DNA of 64,000 nucleotides from Candidatus Tayloriibacteriota bacterium (GCA_016215405.1 JACRJQ010000006.1:481-64480), one strand, 5' to 3'. Shown: positions 54,768-64,000, numbered from the stretch's first letter. Notes: a model not told the origin generated them from the letters alone. Translations and numbers: made by a program.

Positions 54768-55856
54768 ATGAAAACTAAAAGCAAGATAAGCAAAGCGCTC
54801 TTCGCGACAGCAGCCGTCGCTCTCGCGATATCGGGCGCAGGCGCTGCGGAAGCGCAATATTCTACGACGCAATCCGGGTCCACCAGCGGAGCAAGCGCCC
54901 TTTCCCTCCCATTCCTCTCTTCGGGCGACCTCTCGCTCGGATCGACAGGAGACCGCGTCGCGAGCCTGCAAGGCCTCCTTTCAGAGCTCGGCTATCTCTC
55001 GATACCCCGAGGCGTCGCCCCCGGCTATTTCGGGAACCTGACGCAGAGGGCGCTGCGCGACTATCAAGCCTCTCTCGGCCTCTCAGCGACCGGGATGCTC
55101 GACGCGTCGACGAGAACGGCGATAGCTAGCTCGCTTTCGAGCCGGTATCCGACGGTCGCGGCTGCGTTCGGTAGCGGTGGATCGACCGTAGCTACGGGAT
55201 CTACCGGATCTGCGCCTGGAGCTTCGAATCCGGCGGCTTCCGCGAGCATGGGCTATTGGTATAACGGCGCTTGGTTTCCGGTCGCATCGATCCAAGGCGG
55301 AGGATACTACTCCTCGAACCCGGCGGCCTCGGTCGCGTCCTCGAATAGCAGCCTCGGACGCTGGTATAACGGGGTCTGGTACCCGGCATCGAGCGGAAAC
55401 ATAGGCGGAGGCGAGAGCTCGGACGCTGCGGGCACTAATATGGGCGGATATTGGATGAACGGCACATGGTATCCGACCAATCCGAGCTCGCCTGCGGCCA
55501 CGAGCGCCGGAGCGTCATCAGGGGGAGTGAACTTCTCCACGAACCTCACCCCGACCGGATACTGGCATAACGGCACGTGGTACGCTTCTGTCCCTACCAC
55601 CGCGCAAGCGGCAAGCTCTGGTATCGCCGGCTACTGGCAGAACAACGTCTGGCAATCGATAGACGGCACCCAGACGACCTCTTACGGGACTCCTAACCCT
55701 ACGTCCCCTTCGGGTCCGGGCTATTGGCTAAACGGCGTCTGGCAATCGACTGAAAGCTCGTCGACCGCGAACTCTGGCGGCTACTGGTATAACGGGGTCT
55801 GGTATTCGACGAGCTCGTCGAACAACACTTCGGGGCCAGGGACGAACGCTCAGTAG
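54768..55856 (+). CDS. Secreted protein with a peptidoglycan-binding (PG_binding_1-like) domain and seven aromatic GYWxNGxWY repeats resembling cell-wall/choline-binding repeats
   Basis: Signal peptide; LSLGSTGDRVASLQGLLSELGYLS...GYFGNLTQRALRDYQASLGLSATGMLDASTRTAI; repeats GYWYNGAWFP, GRWYNGVWYP, GYWMNGTWYP, GYWHNGTWYA, GYWQNNVWQS, GYWLNGVWQS, GYWYNGVWYS. Confidence 0.6.
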   Translation: MKTKSKISKALFATAAVALAISGAGAAEAQYSTTQSGSTSGASALSLPFLSSGDLSLGSTGDRVASLQGLLSELGYLSIPRGVAPGYFGNLTQRALRDYQASLGLSATGMLDASTRTAIASSLSSRYPTVAAAFGSGGSTVATGSTGSAPGASNPAASASMGYWYNGAWFPVASIQGGGYYSSNPAASVASSNSSLGRWYNGVWYPASSGNIGGGESSDAAGTNMGGYWMNGTWYPTNPSSPAATSAGASSGGVNFSTNLTPTGYWHNGTWYASVPTTAQAASSGIAGYWQNNVWQSIDGTQTTSYGTPNPTSPSGPGYWLNGVWQSTESSSTANSGGYWYNGVWYSTSSSNNTSGPGTNAQ

Positions 55857-55907
55857 GATCGGTCTGTCGAAAAACACCCCTCTTACGAGGGGTGTTTTTC
55901 ATGTCCG

Positions 55908-56303
55908 CTATCTCTCGAGATATCCCTTCACCTTCTTCACTATCTCGTCTATCTTCGTATCGGCCTTTACGAGATACTCGGCCGCGCCCAGCTCGACCCC
56001 CTTTTTCGCGTCGGTCTCCTGCCCGAGGTTCGTGAGCACGATCACCGAGACCGACTTCGATCGCGGATCGGACTTTATGTCTTTGAGCACTTCGAATCCG
56101 TTCTTTTTCGGAAGCATGAGATCGAGGAGGACGAGGGCCGGCATCGAATCTGACGAGCGCAGGGTCTTTATGGCCTCTTCGCCGTCCATTGCGAACTTGA
56201 CGTCGATGGATTCATGCGCGAATTTGGCCGCATACGCCTTGTTGATGTATACGTCGTCCTCGACTATCAAGACCCAGCTCTTTTTCGTTGATCTCTCTGC
56301 CAT
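55908..56303 (-). CDS. Single-domain (CheY-like, REC-only) response regulator 1
   Basis: A 131-aa protein: LIVEDDVYINKAY...LVLLDLMLP (acceptor Asp)...VLTNLG...YLVKAD. Confidence 0.8.
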   Translation of the reverse strand: MAERSTKKSWVLIVEDDVYINKAYAAKFAHESIDVKFAMDGEEAIKTLRSSDSMPALVLLDLMLPKKNGFEVLKDIKSDPRSKSVSVIVLTNLGQETDAKKGVELGAAEYLVKADTKIDEIVKKVKGYLER

Positions 56304-56305
56304 GT

Positions 56306-56692
56306 TCAGTTTGTTAATCTATCGAGTATCCCTTTCACCTTCGCCGTTATCGCGTCGATAGTATACTCGCTCTTGATAACGTAGTCGATGACGTTCATGG
56401 AGAACGCTTGCTTTATCTTCGCTTCGCCGCCTGAGACGGAGACGATGATCACAGGAAGGTCTTTAAGCCTCTCGTCGCCTCGGATCGTCCTGAGGACTTC
56501 GAGGCCGTTCATCCCCGGCAAAAGCAGGTCGAGCCAGACGAGGTCGGGGCGCACGGTCTTTAGGATCTCGAGCCCCTCTTCGCCGCTGCCGGCAGGGACG
56601 ACGTCTACACCCGCTTTTTCGAGCTTGAGCTTCGCCGCCTCCTGCAAGGCGGGCTCGTCTTCTATAAGGAGTATTTTTCTCTTCGTTTCCAT
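56306..56692 (-). CDS. Single-domain (CheY-like) response regulator 2
   Basis: KILLIEDEPALQEAA...PDLVWLDLLLPGMNG...IIVSVSGG...YVIKSE; a 128-aa REC only. Confidence 0.8.
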   Translation of the reverse strand: METKRKILLIEDEPALQEAAKLKLEKAGVDVVPAGSGEEGLEILKTVRPDLVWLDLLLPGMNGLEVLRTIRGDERLKDLPVIIVSVSGGEAKIKQAFSMNVIDYVIKSEYTIDAITAKVKGILDRLTN

Positions 56693-56693
56693 G

Positions 56694-57083
56694 CTATTTC
56701 TTGTGAGGATTCGGCAAAAGGCTATCTATCTTCTTTACTATGTCCTCGAGGCGGTACTGGCTCTTCACTATATAATCGACGACATTGAGCTGGAACGCAT
56801 GCTGCACCTTTTCTGGGCTCGCTGATACCGAGACGATGATGACGGGAAGGTTTTTGAACTTATCCTCCTTACGCAGGCGCTCTAGGAATTGGAACCCGCC
56901 CATCCCCGGCAAAAGCAGGTCGAGCCAGACGAGGTCGGGGGTATGGAATTCGAGTATCTCGAGCCCTTCCTCGGCCGTCATAGCCGAGAGAACGGCGAAA
57001 CCGCTGCTCGCGAGCTTCGTCCGGATCGCGTCGCGGAGAGACTCTTCGTCTTCTATGACAAGGATTACAGGTTTTTTATCCAT
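56694..57083 (-). CDS. Single-domain (CheY-like) response regulator 3
   Basis: VILVIEDEESLRDAI...PDLVWLDLLLPGMGG...IIVSVSAS...YIVKSQ. About 39 nt (56901..56940) are identical to 56511..56549 in regulator 2. Confidence 0.8.
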   Translation of the reverse strand: MDKKPVILVIEDEESLRDAIRTKLASSGFAVLSAMTAEEGLEILEFHTPDLVWLDLLLPGMGGFQFLERLRKEDKFKNLPVIIVSVSASPEKVQHAFQLNVVDYIVKSQYRLEDIVKKIDSLLPNPHKK

Positions 57084-57152
57084 TGAATGCGCTGTTTGAA
57101 CCTAATTATGCCTTAAAAACGAAAGCGGCGGGTCGGGCGATTATCCCCATGC

Positions 57153-59306
57153 CTAGATGGCTATAGATACCTCCCCTTGCCGCCTTTCCATTCCTGCGAC
57201 CGGGAGCGTGAAAGTAAACGTAGTGCCCTCGCCCTCTTTCGACTCGAACCATATCCTTCCGCCCCACCCCTCGACGAGCGACCTTACGAGGACGAGGCCG
57301 AGGCCGGATCCCTCGGGCACGTACTTGAGGGCATTCTCCGCTCTATAGAACTTCTCGAATATTCGGGACTTCTCGTCATCCGGTATGCCGATACCTTGGT
57401 CTTTGACCGAATATTCGATGAGGTCCCCTTTCTTGACCATAGACACCGAGATGACGCTCTGTTCAGGCGAATAGCGGATCGCGTTCGAAAGGAGGTTCTG
57501 GACCACTTGCCAGAATATCTCCTGGTCGATCGGCACCGGAGGCAGGTCCGCCGGCTCGGACGATACCACGACCTTGTGGGATTTCGCGTCGAGGTTCGCT
57601 TTGAGCGACAAAGCGACTCCATTCGTGAGGTGCTTAAGGTCGGTAGAGACCGGCTCTACCTTGAGGCGACGGGCTTCGACTCGGGCGATCTGGAGAAGGA
57701 GGCTTACGAGATTGATCATCCTATCCGTCCCTTCATAGATGCGCTCGATGAAGTGCTTCTGATCCTCTGAGAGGGCGCCCGCGTCTCCTGCGAGGAGCAT
57801 TTCGGAGAACCACCTCATCGAAGTGAGAGGGGTCCTGAGCTGGTGCGAGGCTACCGAGATGAAGCTCACGCGCGTCTCCTCGAGCTGCCTCTCCTCCCTC
57901 ACGTCCCTGAACGTGAGTATCGCTCCTCGGAGGGCGTTATCCTTGGCGTCTATGACGGGCGAGACCACGAGAGATACGGCTATCTCGACGCCTCCCTTCG
58001 TCACGACCGAGATGTCGGAAGACAGGGAGACGGGCTTCTTCTCGCGAAGGACGCGCTCCCAGAACTCGGGCTCGAGAGGCTTTTTACCCTTATGGACGAA
58101 TTTGATGCGGGCCTCGAAGTCGCCTCCGACGAGCTCGTCGGCGCCGTATCCGAGGATATTCTCCGTAACCTTGTTTATGAGCGTCACCTTCCGGTTGAGG
58201 TCGAAGGCGATGACTCCCTCGCCTATCGACGCGACGAGGAGGAGATACGTGTTCCTCTCCTGGTCGGCGATAGAGGCGAACTTATGGACCTCGTCGAGAG
58301 CGCGCTTGAGGCTCGCGGCCTGCCTTCTCTGGTTCTCTTCGGATTCCTTCGCGTCTTCGAGAAGGTTCGTGACGGCTATCTCCGCCTCCTGGAACTCCCT
58401 CGCCTTTTTTGCGAGGTCGTTGGCCCTCTCGGAAGCGACCGTCTCGAGGCCTCGTCGCGCCTTTTCGGCGTCGTCGAGGCTCTTCGCCATGGCGTTAAAC
58501 GACAGAGCGAGCTCGCCGAGCTCGTCCGACGAAGAGATGTGGACCTGCTTCGAGAAGTCGCCCAGGGCGATATCGTGCGCGGCGTCATTGAGCTTTTTTA
58601 TGGACCTAATGATCTTCGCGAGGATGAAAAAGACGAGATACGAGAACGAGAGTATGACGAAGACGAGGACCGAGACGCTTAAAGTGATGGCGAGGCGTTT
58701 GAGGCTCGCTACATCGGCGCTCTTGAGCTCCCGAGCCTCAGATTCAGCCGCTAACCTCCTATCGACGAGAGAGAGAAGCTCTTTCCGTTCCTCCTCTAGC
58801 TGGCGTTCCGCCGCCGCATATGAGGGATCTCCCGTCCTGCCCGAGCTCCTCGCTCTCGAGAGGATATCGACGAGGGAGGCAGCCTCCTCTGCCGACGCCC
58901 GTACGGCGGAGGAGAATTCGAACGATCCCGCGTTCTCGACTTGAGAGAGCGCCGCGTAAGAGCGTCCTGCTTCCCTGATCTCTTTGAAGAGGACGGCGAA
59001 CCTCTCCTTCGAATCGGAGATGGAGCTCGTCGAAACGGAGCCAGAGAGCCTTAGGGCCTCGTCTTCCATCCTGCGCGCGTAGAACTTAAGCTCCGTAAGA
59101 ATGCCGGCGCGTGGGGTGTCCACGAGGACGATCTCTTCGAACGCCTTTATGAGCTTGCTGTCTATGCGAAAGGAGACGACCCTCACCCCTACGACCAAAA
59201 ACAGCATGACCGTAAAGACGAGCGCGATCTGTGTTCTTATTGAGAGTCTGTTGGGCATGCGATTGGCGGCATGGCGCCGCCGAAAGGATCGCGCGGCGAG
59301 AGCCAT
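57153..59306 (-). CDS. Sensor histidine kinase (TM, HAMP, PAS-like, HisKA, HATPase_c)
   Basis: HAMP-like DIALGDFSKQVHISSSDELGELALSFNAM; H-box SVASHQLRTPLTSMRWF; N-box LLSNAIRYS; G-boxes DQGIGIP and GSGLGL. The start is uncertain (alternative MPNRLS). Confidence 0.85.
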   Translation of the reverse strand: MALAARSFRRRHAANRMPNRLSIRTQIALVFTVMLFLVVGVRVVSFRIDSKLIKAFEEIVLVDTPRAGILTELKFYARRMEDEALRLSGSVSTSSISDSKERFAVLFKEIREAGRSYAALSQVENAGSFEFSSAVRASAEEAASLVDILSRARSSGRTGDPSYAAAERQLEEERKELLSLVDRRLAAESEARELKSADVASLKRLAITLSVSVLVFVILSFSYLVFFILAKIIRSIKKLNDAAHDIALGDFSKQVHISSSDELGELALSFNAMAKSLDDAEKARRGLETVASERANDLAKKAREFQEAEIAVTNLLEDAKESEENQRRQAASLKRALDEVHKFASIADQERNTYLLLVASIGEGVIAFDLNRKVTLINKVTENILGYGADELVGGDFEARIKFVHKGKKPLEPEFWERVLREKKPVSLSSDISVVTKGGVEIAVSLVVSPVIDAKDNALRGAILTFRDVREERQLEETRVSFISVASHQLRTPLTSMRWFSEMLLAGDAGALSEDQKHFIERIYEGTDRMINLVSLLLQIARVEARRLKVEPVSTDLKHLTNGVALSLKANLDAKSHKVVVSSEPADLPPVPIDQEIFWQVVQNLLSNAIRYSPEQSVISVSMVKKGDLIEYSVKDQGIGIPDDEKSRIFEKFYRAENALKYVPEGSGLGLVLVRSLVEGWGGRIWFESKEGEGTTFTFTLPVAGMERRQGEVSIAI

Positions 59307-59359
59307 CTGTTACCGGTTAAGTATACCGCGTATCCCCCATCGATGTTGATAACTCGGAC

Positions 59360-59812
59360 CTAACTTCCTACCTCGCGCCACTGCGTATCCTGTATCTCTC
59401 CGAAAAGGCTCGCATCGAAATATGCCTTGACCTCTATAGTCCTTACGTTCACGCCTGAATGCCCTTTCGATACGATCACCTTCGGATCTCCTGCGGCCCC
59501 GGTGCCCGCGCTCACGGTTATGCGAGCGCACGCCGTCGCAGGCGAGCATCCTCCGGCGGCGAACGGTAGGCTATAGCAGTCTTCCGAGGGGCAGCTGTAC
59601 GAATGGCTCCTCGCTATCCGCTCGAGAGCGTCCCTCGCTCCGGCTTCGGCGTATATGAGGGCGCGAGAGGCCTGATAGGAGCTTTGCGTGCTTAAGGTCT
59701 CGGACAGGCTCATGGAGGATATGCCTATGCCTATCGCCACGATAAGGACTCCGAACACGAGTATGATCGGAACGGTCGCCGCGCCTGCGTCCTTTTTTAA
59801 AAGCCTTCTCAT
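59360..59812 (-). CDS. PilX-like minor pilin / pseudopilin-like protein
   Basis: N-terminal hydrophobic helix without the canonical G-F-T-L-I-E motif; ALIYAEAGARDALERI resembles the PilX N-domain; overlaps the upstream pseudopilin gene by 4 nt. Confidence 0.4.
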   Translation of the reverse strand: MRRLLKKDAGAATVPIILVFGVLIVAIGIGISSMSLSETLSTQSSYQASRALIYAEAGARDALERIARSHSYSCPSEDCYSLPFAAGGCSPATACARITVSAGTGAAGDPKVIVSKGHSGVNVRTIEVKAYFDASLFGEIQDTQWREVGS

Positions 59813-60324
59813 CTTAGTCGGATAGCGTTCTTAAGCGTCGCCGAATAGGGCGTAGCGGCGTCGGCGTGACGGATGGCGATCTCGACCCCTATCGAAGTCG
59901 TCGTAGCGTCGAGCACGCTGTTGTAATTCTCTATCAAGGAGAAGGAAAGCGTCTCTACGACGACGAGACTGCTCGTGACGTGTTCGAAAGCAGGCGTCTC
60001 TTCCCTAAGGAGCCTGCCCGAATCGTTCGAATAGGCGACGTCTACCATTCCCGTCGCGCCCTGAGCCTGGATGAGGAGGTTGGACGAGGGGGTGCTCGTG
60101 TTGGGCGTCTCGACGGAGACCGCTCTCATGACGTCGCGCGATATCGAATCCATAGCGAACCTGACGTTCGCGTTAACCTCCGCTCTCGCCTCTGCGATCG
60201 AGCTCCCTTTTATAAGGGACGAGAACGAAGCCGCCAATACGACGCTTATAGCCGAAAGTATGCCCATGTAGATCACGAGCTCGAGGAGAGTGAATCCTTT
60301 CCGGAAATGCGCGGCCTTCGTCAT
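59809..60324 (-). CDS. Type IV pilus minor pilin / T2SS pseudopilin with a prepilin cleavage-methylation motif
   Basis: MTKAAHFRKGFTLLELVIYMGILSAISVVL. Confidence 0.7.
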   Translation of the reverse strand: MTKAAHFRKGFTLLELVIYMGILSAISVVLAASFSSLIKGSSIAEARAEVNANVRFAMDSISRDVMRAVSVETPNTSTPSSNLLIQAQGATGMVDVAYSNDSGRLLREETPAFEHVTSSLVVVETLSFSLIENYNSVLDATTTSIGVEIAIRHADAATPYSATLKNAIRLR

Positions 60325-61604
60325 GGCGACCAGTTGATTATGATATCGTCGACCCGCGGGGAATAGCTCCCGGCGCTCACGCAGTCGTCAGAACAGATCT
60401 CGACCGCGTAGCGGAAATATCGTTTGTCGTTCACGAACGGCAGGCATGTCGACCTCTGTATGTCCGCGGCGATATCGGGACCTAGGGGATCGAACCAATC
60501 TATCGCCGAGCAGGAGTTCCCGCCGAGGAAAGACCATGACCCCGTGTCGCACGAGGGATAGTTCGTCGCTCCGTTAGAGCAGTCAGAGGCGGCGATCTGG
60601 AACCTCACCTTCCCCTCGCTCTGCCCTGGTCCGCCAAGGACCCCTTTCCAACGGATGGAGTTAAAAGTCGCTCCGTCAGAGTTCTGGGTAGAATCGAAGA
60701 CCGCCGAATAGAGGCTCCCTTTGACCGGGAATCCGCACGAGGTAGAGACGTATCTATAGGTCTCCTTCGCCTGTACGGCATAGTTGTAGATCGTGACGCC
60801 GGAGGGCGACATAGAGATGCTATGCGTATAGGTTCCGGCCGTCTCCGGGCTTATGGTCCCCTCGGGGTCTTCGTATACGATCTCGAAATACGTCGGCGTC
60901 GATACGGAAGGCATGGTAAACGTCTTCGTGGTCGAAGCGTTCGAGTCGAGCGTGAAAGAGACGGATCCTCCCCCGGTATAGACGCCTGTGGCTATGAAAT
61001 AAAGGGACTTCAAGGGATTCGTCACCCCCGATACGTTATCGCCTATGTATATGGCGAACGGAGTGGTCGTCGGCGCAGAGATCGAGGCGTGGGACGCAGC
61101 CACCAGGAGGCCGACCGTCTTCATCTGGTTTCCGGTCGCGCATTCATCCGATCCGTACCTATGCGTGGCGGACAGGCGGGCGGCGAAAGAGTATATCGTC
61201 ACCCCTGATGGGATCGCGTTGAGCGTATAGCTGTACGTTCCGGCAGACGACGGAGACATCTTGTCCGAAGGGTCCTTATAGACGACCTCGAACGGCGTCG
61301 GAACGCTCACCGCCGGGAGCGAGAACGTCTTTGCGGTCGAAGGGTCCGAATCTAGGGACAGGCCGATCGTTCCCCCTCCCGTATAGACGCCCGAGACGAC
61401 GGTAAAAACCGATTTCACCGGGTCTGCGACCGCAGAGAGATTGTCGCCGATGTAAAAGGCAAAAGGGAAATTCGTAGAGCCGGAAAGCGCCGCGTTAGAC
61501 GACCCTGAGAGGAATTCTGCCGTCTTCATGACGTCGCCCTTCGCGGGAGTCGCCATGAGAGACGCGAACAGTATCGCGGATATGATATAGGTTCTTCGCT
61601 TCAT
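60321..61604 (-). CDS. Secreted protein with an internally duplicated ~150-aa domain and a Cys-rich C-terminal domain, in a pilus-gene context
   Basis: Signal peptide; repeat 1 PFAFYIGDNLSAVADPVKSVFTVVSGVYTGGG... and repeat 2 PFAIYIGDNVSGVTNPLKSLYFIATGVYTGGG...; 9 Cys in the last 120 aa. Confidence 0.5.
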   Translation of the reverse strand: MKRRTYIISAILFASLMATPAKGDVMKTAEFLSGSSNAALSGSTNFPFAFYIGDNLSAVADPVKSVFTVVSGVYTGGGTIGLSLDSDPSTAKTFSLPAVSVPTPFEVVYKDPSDKMSPSSAGTYSYTLNAIPSGVTIYSFAARLSATHRYGSDECATGNQMKTVGLLVAASHASISAPTTTPFAIYIGDNVSGVTNPLKSLYFIATGVYTGGGSVSFTLDSNASTTKTFTMPSVSTPTYFEIVYEDPEGTISPETAGTYTHSISMSPSGVTIYNYAVQAKETYRYVSTSCGFPVKGSLYSAVFDSTQNSDGATFNSIRWKGVLGGPGQSEGKVRFQIAASDCSNGATNYPSCDTGSWSFLGGNSCSAIDWFDPLGPDIAADIQRSTCLPFVNDKRYFRYAVEICSDDCVSAGSYSPRVDDIIINWSP

Positions 61605-61605
61605 T

Positions 61606-62259
61606 TCATCTTACGGGTATAGAGACGGTGCCTTCGGACGTCGAGAGCCCGTAGCTCCACCTCTTACCGTCCTCGTTATAGAAGAACTGTATCGACGAGA
61701 GGGTCGCTTTGGAGAACTGGGGCTGGCCCTGTAAGGACGAAAGGGCGTCAGAAGAATCGTACCAGTCGGAGGGCAATTCGTACCCGGACGACTCGGATTC
61801 TATCTCGAGCTCGCGGATGGCCCGGTCTCTGAACACGAGGACCTCGTATCCCTTCTCTTTCTCTTTCGAGGCGAACAACACTTGCCACTCGGCTGCCGTA
61901 CCCTTCGCGGTCACGGGCCCTATCGAACGCACAAGGACGAGCCGGGCGTCCTTTGCCCAGGCCGAAGCCAACGGAAGAGCGATATCGTATCCGCCCTTAA
62001 GCGTGAGGATGGCGTCCGATAAGGTAAAAGACCTGTCTTCCCTGTCTATAGGAAGGTCTACCTCCCCTTCGACGATCTTGCGTCCCTCTCCTCTCGCGAC
62101 CTCGACGGTCGCAGGCAAGACAGGCTCCACTTCTACCTTTCGAGAGACCGTGCCTTCGTTAAAGGTGTACCTCTCTTTGGTCCAGGAGAGCGCTCCGGCG
62201 ACGAGAAGCGCGAGAATTATGACGGCGGCGAAGGCGGCTATTTTCTTTGGGTTCATCAT
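61606..62259 (-). CDS. Hypothetical membrane-anchored protein
   Basis: N-terminal TM IAAFAAVIILALLVAGAL, then a soluble domain. Confidence 0.5.
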   Translation of the reverse strand: MMNPKKIAAFAAVIILALLVAGALSWTKERYTFNEGTVSRKVEVEPVLPATVEVARGEGRKIVEGEVDLPIDREDRSFTLSDAILTLKGGYDIALPLASAWAKDARLVLVRSIGPVTAKGTAAEWQVLFASKEKEKGYEVLVFRDRAIRELEIESESSGYELPSDWYDSSDALSSLQGQPQFSKATLSSIQFFYNEDGKRWSYGLSTSEGTVSIPVR

Positions 62260-64000
62260 GGCGTAAAGCTATAAGTGACAGTAACGTCAGACGAGAGCAC
62301 GTTAAGCGACATATTCGTCTGCGGCGTGACCGTGAGGGTGTTCGTCGAAGGATCTACCGAAAGCGACGCTACGGGATGGAGTATCCTCACGCTCCCGGAG
62401 TGAGACGTCGCGGGCATGGCATACGTCTTCGACGCCTCTCCGTTCACTTGGACCGTGACCCCGTTCGGAGCGGACCCGTTAGTCGTGTACACAGCGCGTA
62501 TCTCTACGAACGCGCTCTTTATCGTAGGCGACGTTTCCGGCATATGGACGATAAACGAGCTCGACGTCGCCGTGCCTCCGGATACCGTCCCGACGAGGCC
62601 GTCTATACCGAACCTCAACGTCTTCGCGGGAGCGAGGACGCTCGCGGTGGCGAACGACTGCATGGAGCTTATCGATTCGTTTCCGGCGGCGTCTTTCGAC
62701 CTCACGCGGTAATAATAGGTCGTGCCCGAGTCGAGGTTCGAGAGCGAGACCGAGTGCGAGGTCACGAGGCTCGCGTCGAGAGCGGTGCAGTCGCTATTGG
62801 TCGCGCAATTCGTGACGAACGACCCGGTCTTGTTGTATTGGACCTGGCTCGTGGACGGCTCGACGAGGGTGCTCCAGGTTATGGTCGCCGAGTTCGAGGC
62901 AGGGCTCCCTGACGAGATAGACGTGATCGCGGGCGCGACGGTGTCTATAGCGAAGTCGGTCTCGGTCTCGAGATTCGTCCCGACGATAGGATAAGAGACC
63001 CACGCGCTGTAGTAGTCGACGGAGTTCTTGTTGTGGCGGGTCCTCGCCTGCCAATGATATACGTTGTCTGTCGGAGAGGCCGAGACTTGCCCGACCGCAG
63101 GGCCTGGGCCAATAGCCCCCGTGCCTTCGACAGCCGACCCGCAGGCGCCTGTCCCGGAGCAGGTGAACGGCGTACCTATCGGCTTATATTCGAATTGAGG
63201 GTAGAGGGTGCCTCCAGAGACCGTAGATTGCATCGTCTGCGTGAAATAGACCGGAGTCGAGCTCGCAAGGCCGCCCGTCGCTATGGAATCTAGCGATCCG
63301 CTATCGCGGTATTGGAATACGCCGGAAGGGCTTATCGGCGTAGGATCGGCGATAGTGAACGAATACGCGTTCGAGGCGTACGCGTTAGAGGTGAGCGTGA
63401 CGTTGCCTGTCGAAGCGCTTACGGGGACCTGGGTCGCCATCGCCGTAGATGACCAGCTCGTGAATACGGTCGCATCGGCGCCAGTAAAGGCGACCTTGTT
63501 AGAGGCGCTAAACGAGAGCGGGCACACTCCTCCGTTCTGGCAGAAATGGTCTCCGCTCACGGTGACAGCGTCGCCTACGGCGGCGCCCGAAGGCGCGATA
63601 CCTGTGATCCTCGGCAATATCCTGAGGGTGTTCGCGTACGTCGCCGTCTTGCTGTTCGCCCCCGTGCCCTGCTGCATCGAGATCGATCCGGTATACGTGT
63701 TATCCCCGATAACCGTCGGCACCCGCACGGCTATGGCCGTGCTCGTCCACGAGTTTATAGTCGCGCTTCCCGTAGGCGAAGAGCACGTCGACGAATCGCA
63801 GCCGAGGATCCTGACATATCCCGTACCCTGGCTCGATCCGAGCCTCGTGCCGTTGAGGGTGAGCGCTCCGTCGCTGTCGCCTGCGGCGTATTCGCGAGCC
63901 GTATCCGCGGCGAGGCCCGCAGGCTGCGTCATCGAGGTTATCTGCGGAAAGAGATAGAAGTTTACGCCGGACGACTCTACGCTCCCGGCCGCGACCGTAA
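62256..64000 (-). CDS. Large secreted adhesin-like protein with IPT/TIG-like and fibronectin-III-like domains; 5' end probably beyond the window
   Basis: ITGIAPSGAAVGDAVTVSGDHF (IPT/TIG-like) and SATITWSTLVEPSTSQVQYNKTG...TYYYRVRSKDAAGNES (FN3-like). No in-frame stop lies between the first Met (63932) and 64000, so the true start may be upstream, outside the window. Confidence 0.6.
   Translation of the reverse strand, partial: TVAAGSVESSGVNFYLFPQITSMTQPAGLAADTAREYAAGDSDGALTLNGTRLGSSQGTGYVRILGCDSSTCSSPTGSATINSWTSTAIAVRVPTVIGDNTYTGSISMQQGTGANSKTATYANTLRILPRITGIAPSGAAVGDAVTVSGDHFCQNGGVCPLSFSASNKVAFTGADATVFTSWSSTAMATQVPVSASTGNVTLTSNAYASNAYSFTIADPTPISPSGVFQYRDSGSLDSIATGGLASSTPVYFTQTMQSTVSGGTLYPQFEYKPIGTPFTCSGTGACGSAVEGTGAIGPGPAVGQVSASPTDNVYHWQARTRHNKNSVDYYSAWVSYPIVGTNLETETDFAIDTVAPAITSISSGSPASNSATITWSTLVEPSTSQVQYNKTGSFVTNCATNSDCTALDASLVTSHSVSLSNLDSGTTYYYRVRSKDAAGNESISSMQSFATASVLAPAKTLRFGIDGLVGTVSGGTATSSSFIVHMPETSPTIKSAFVEIRAVYTTNGSAPNGVTVQVNGEASKTYAMPATSHSGSVRILHPVASLSVDPSTNTLTVTPQTNMSLNVLSSDVTVTYSFTP

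Noticed and set aside
57823-58944. 373-aa + strand ORF
   Set aside because: It is antisense to the histidine kinase gene, and its translation is Ser/Arg/Ala-rich with no motifs.

Overview
The window is a gene-dense stretch of bacterial chromosome with about 60% GC, and most genes are on the minus strand. By inference it comes from a small-genome, probably Patescibacteria/CPR-like bacterium, based on the LamG-type IV pilins, the giant repeat surface proteins and the short ProS.

Main contents, in order:
- A giant Thr/Asn-repeat membrane protein running off the left edge, whose N-terminus carries an HTH_17-like segment.
- lepB, a small HTH_17 gene, rplU, two tandem pilin-LamG genes, rmuC and yqeY.
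- A strong promoter driving two paralogous small ORFs.
- A HAMP membrane protein and a family-5 ABC substrate-binding protein.
- An MFS transporter flanked by paralogous small secreted proteins.
- A tRNA-Glu(CUC) locus with partial tRNA copies and a repeated structured element.
- A CsoR-controlled copper module: csoR, DUF305, copA, an HMA-DsbD-like fusion and a secreted Cys/Met protein.
- The dcw cluster: mraZ, rsmH, ftsL, ftsI and murF.
- lysS, greA, a second PBP, a DUF817 protein, the mreB-mreC-mreD-like operon with an appended low-GC gene, and proS.
- rseP, frr, holB and a second mreB.
- An XRE-HTH::MurA fusion preceded by a perfect palindrome.
- A stress-type cluster: yciE-like, hpf and cytochrome b5-like genes.
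- A PriA homolog lacking Walker A and B motifs, then def and fmt.
- A 1268-aa tandem-domain surface protein and a PG-binding protein with cell-wall-binding-like repeats.
- A histidine kinase followed by three REC-only response regulators.
- A pseudopilin and adhesin-like cluster running off the right edge.

Many rho-independent terminators and several consensus sigma70-like promoters are visible. No CRISPR array, rRNA, transposase or integrase was seen.
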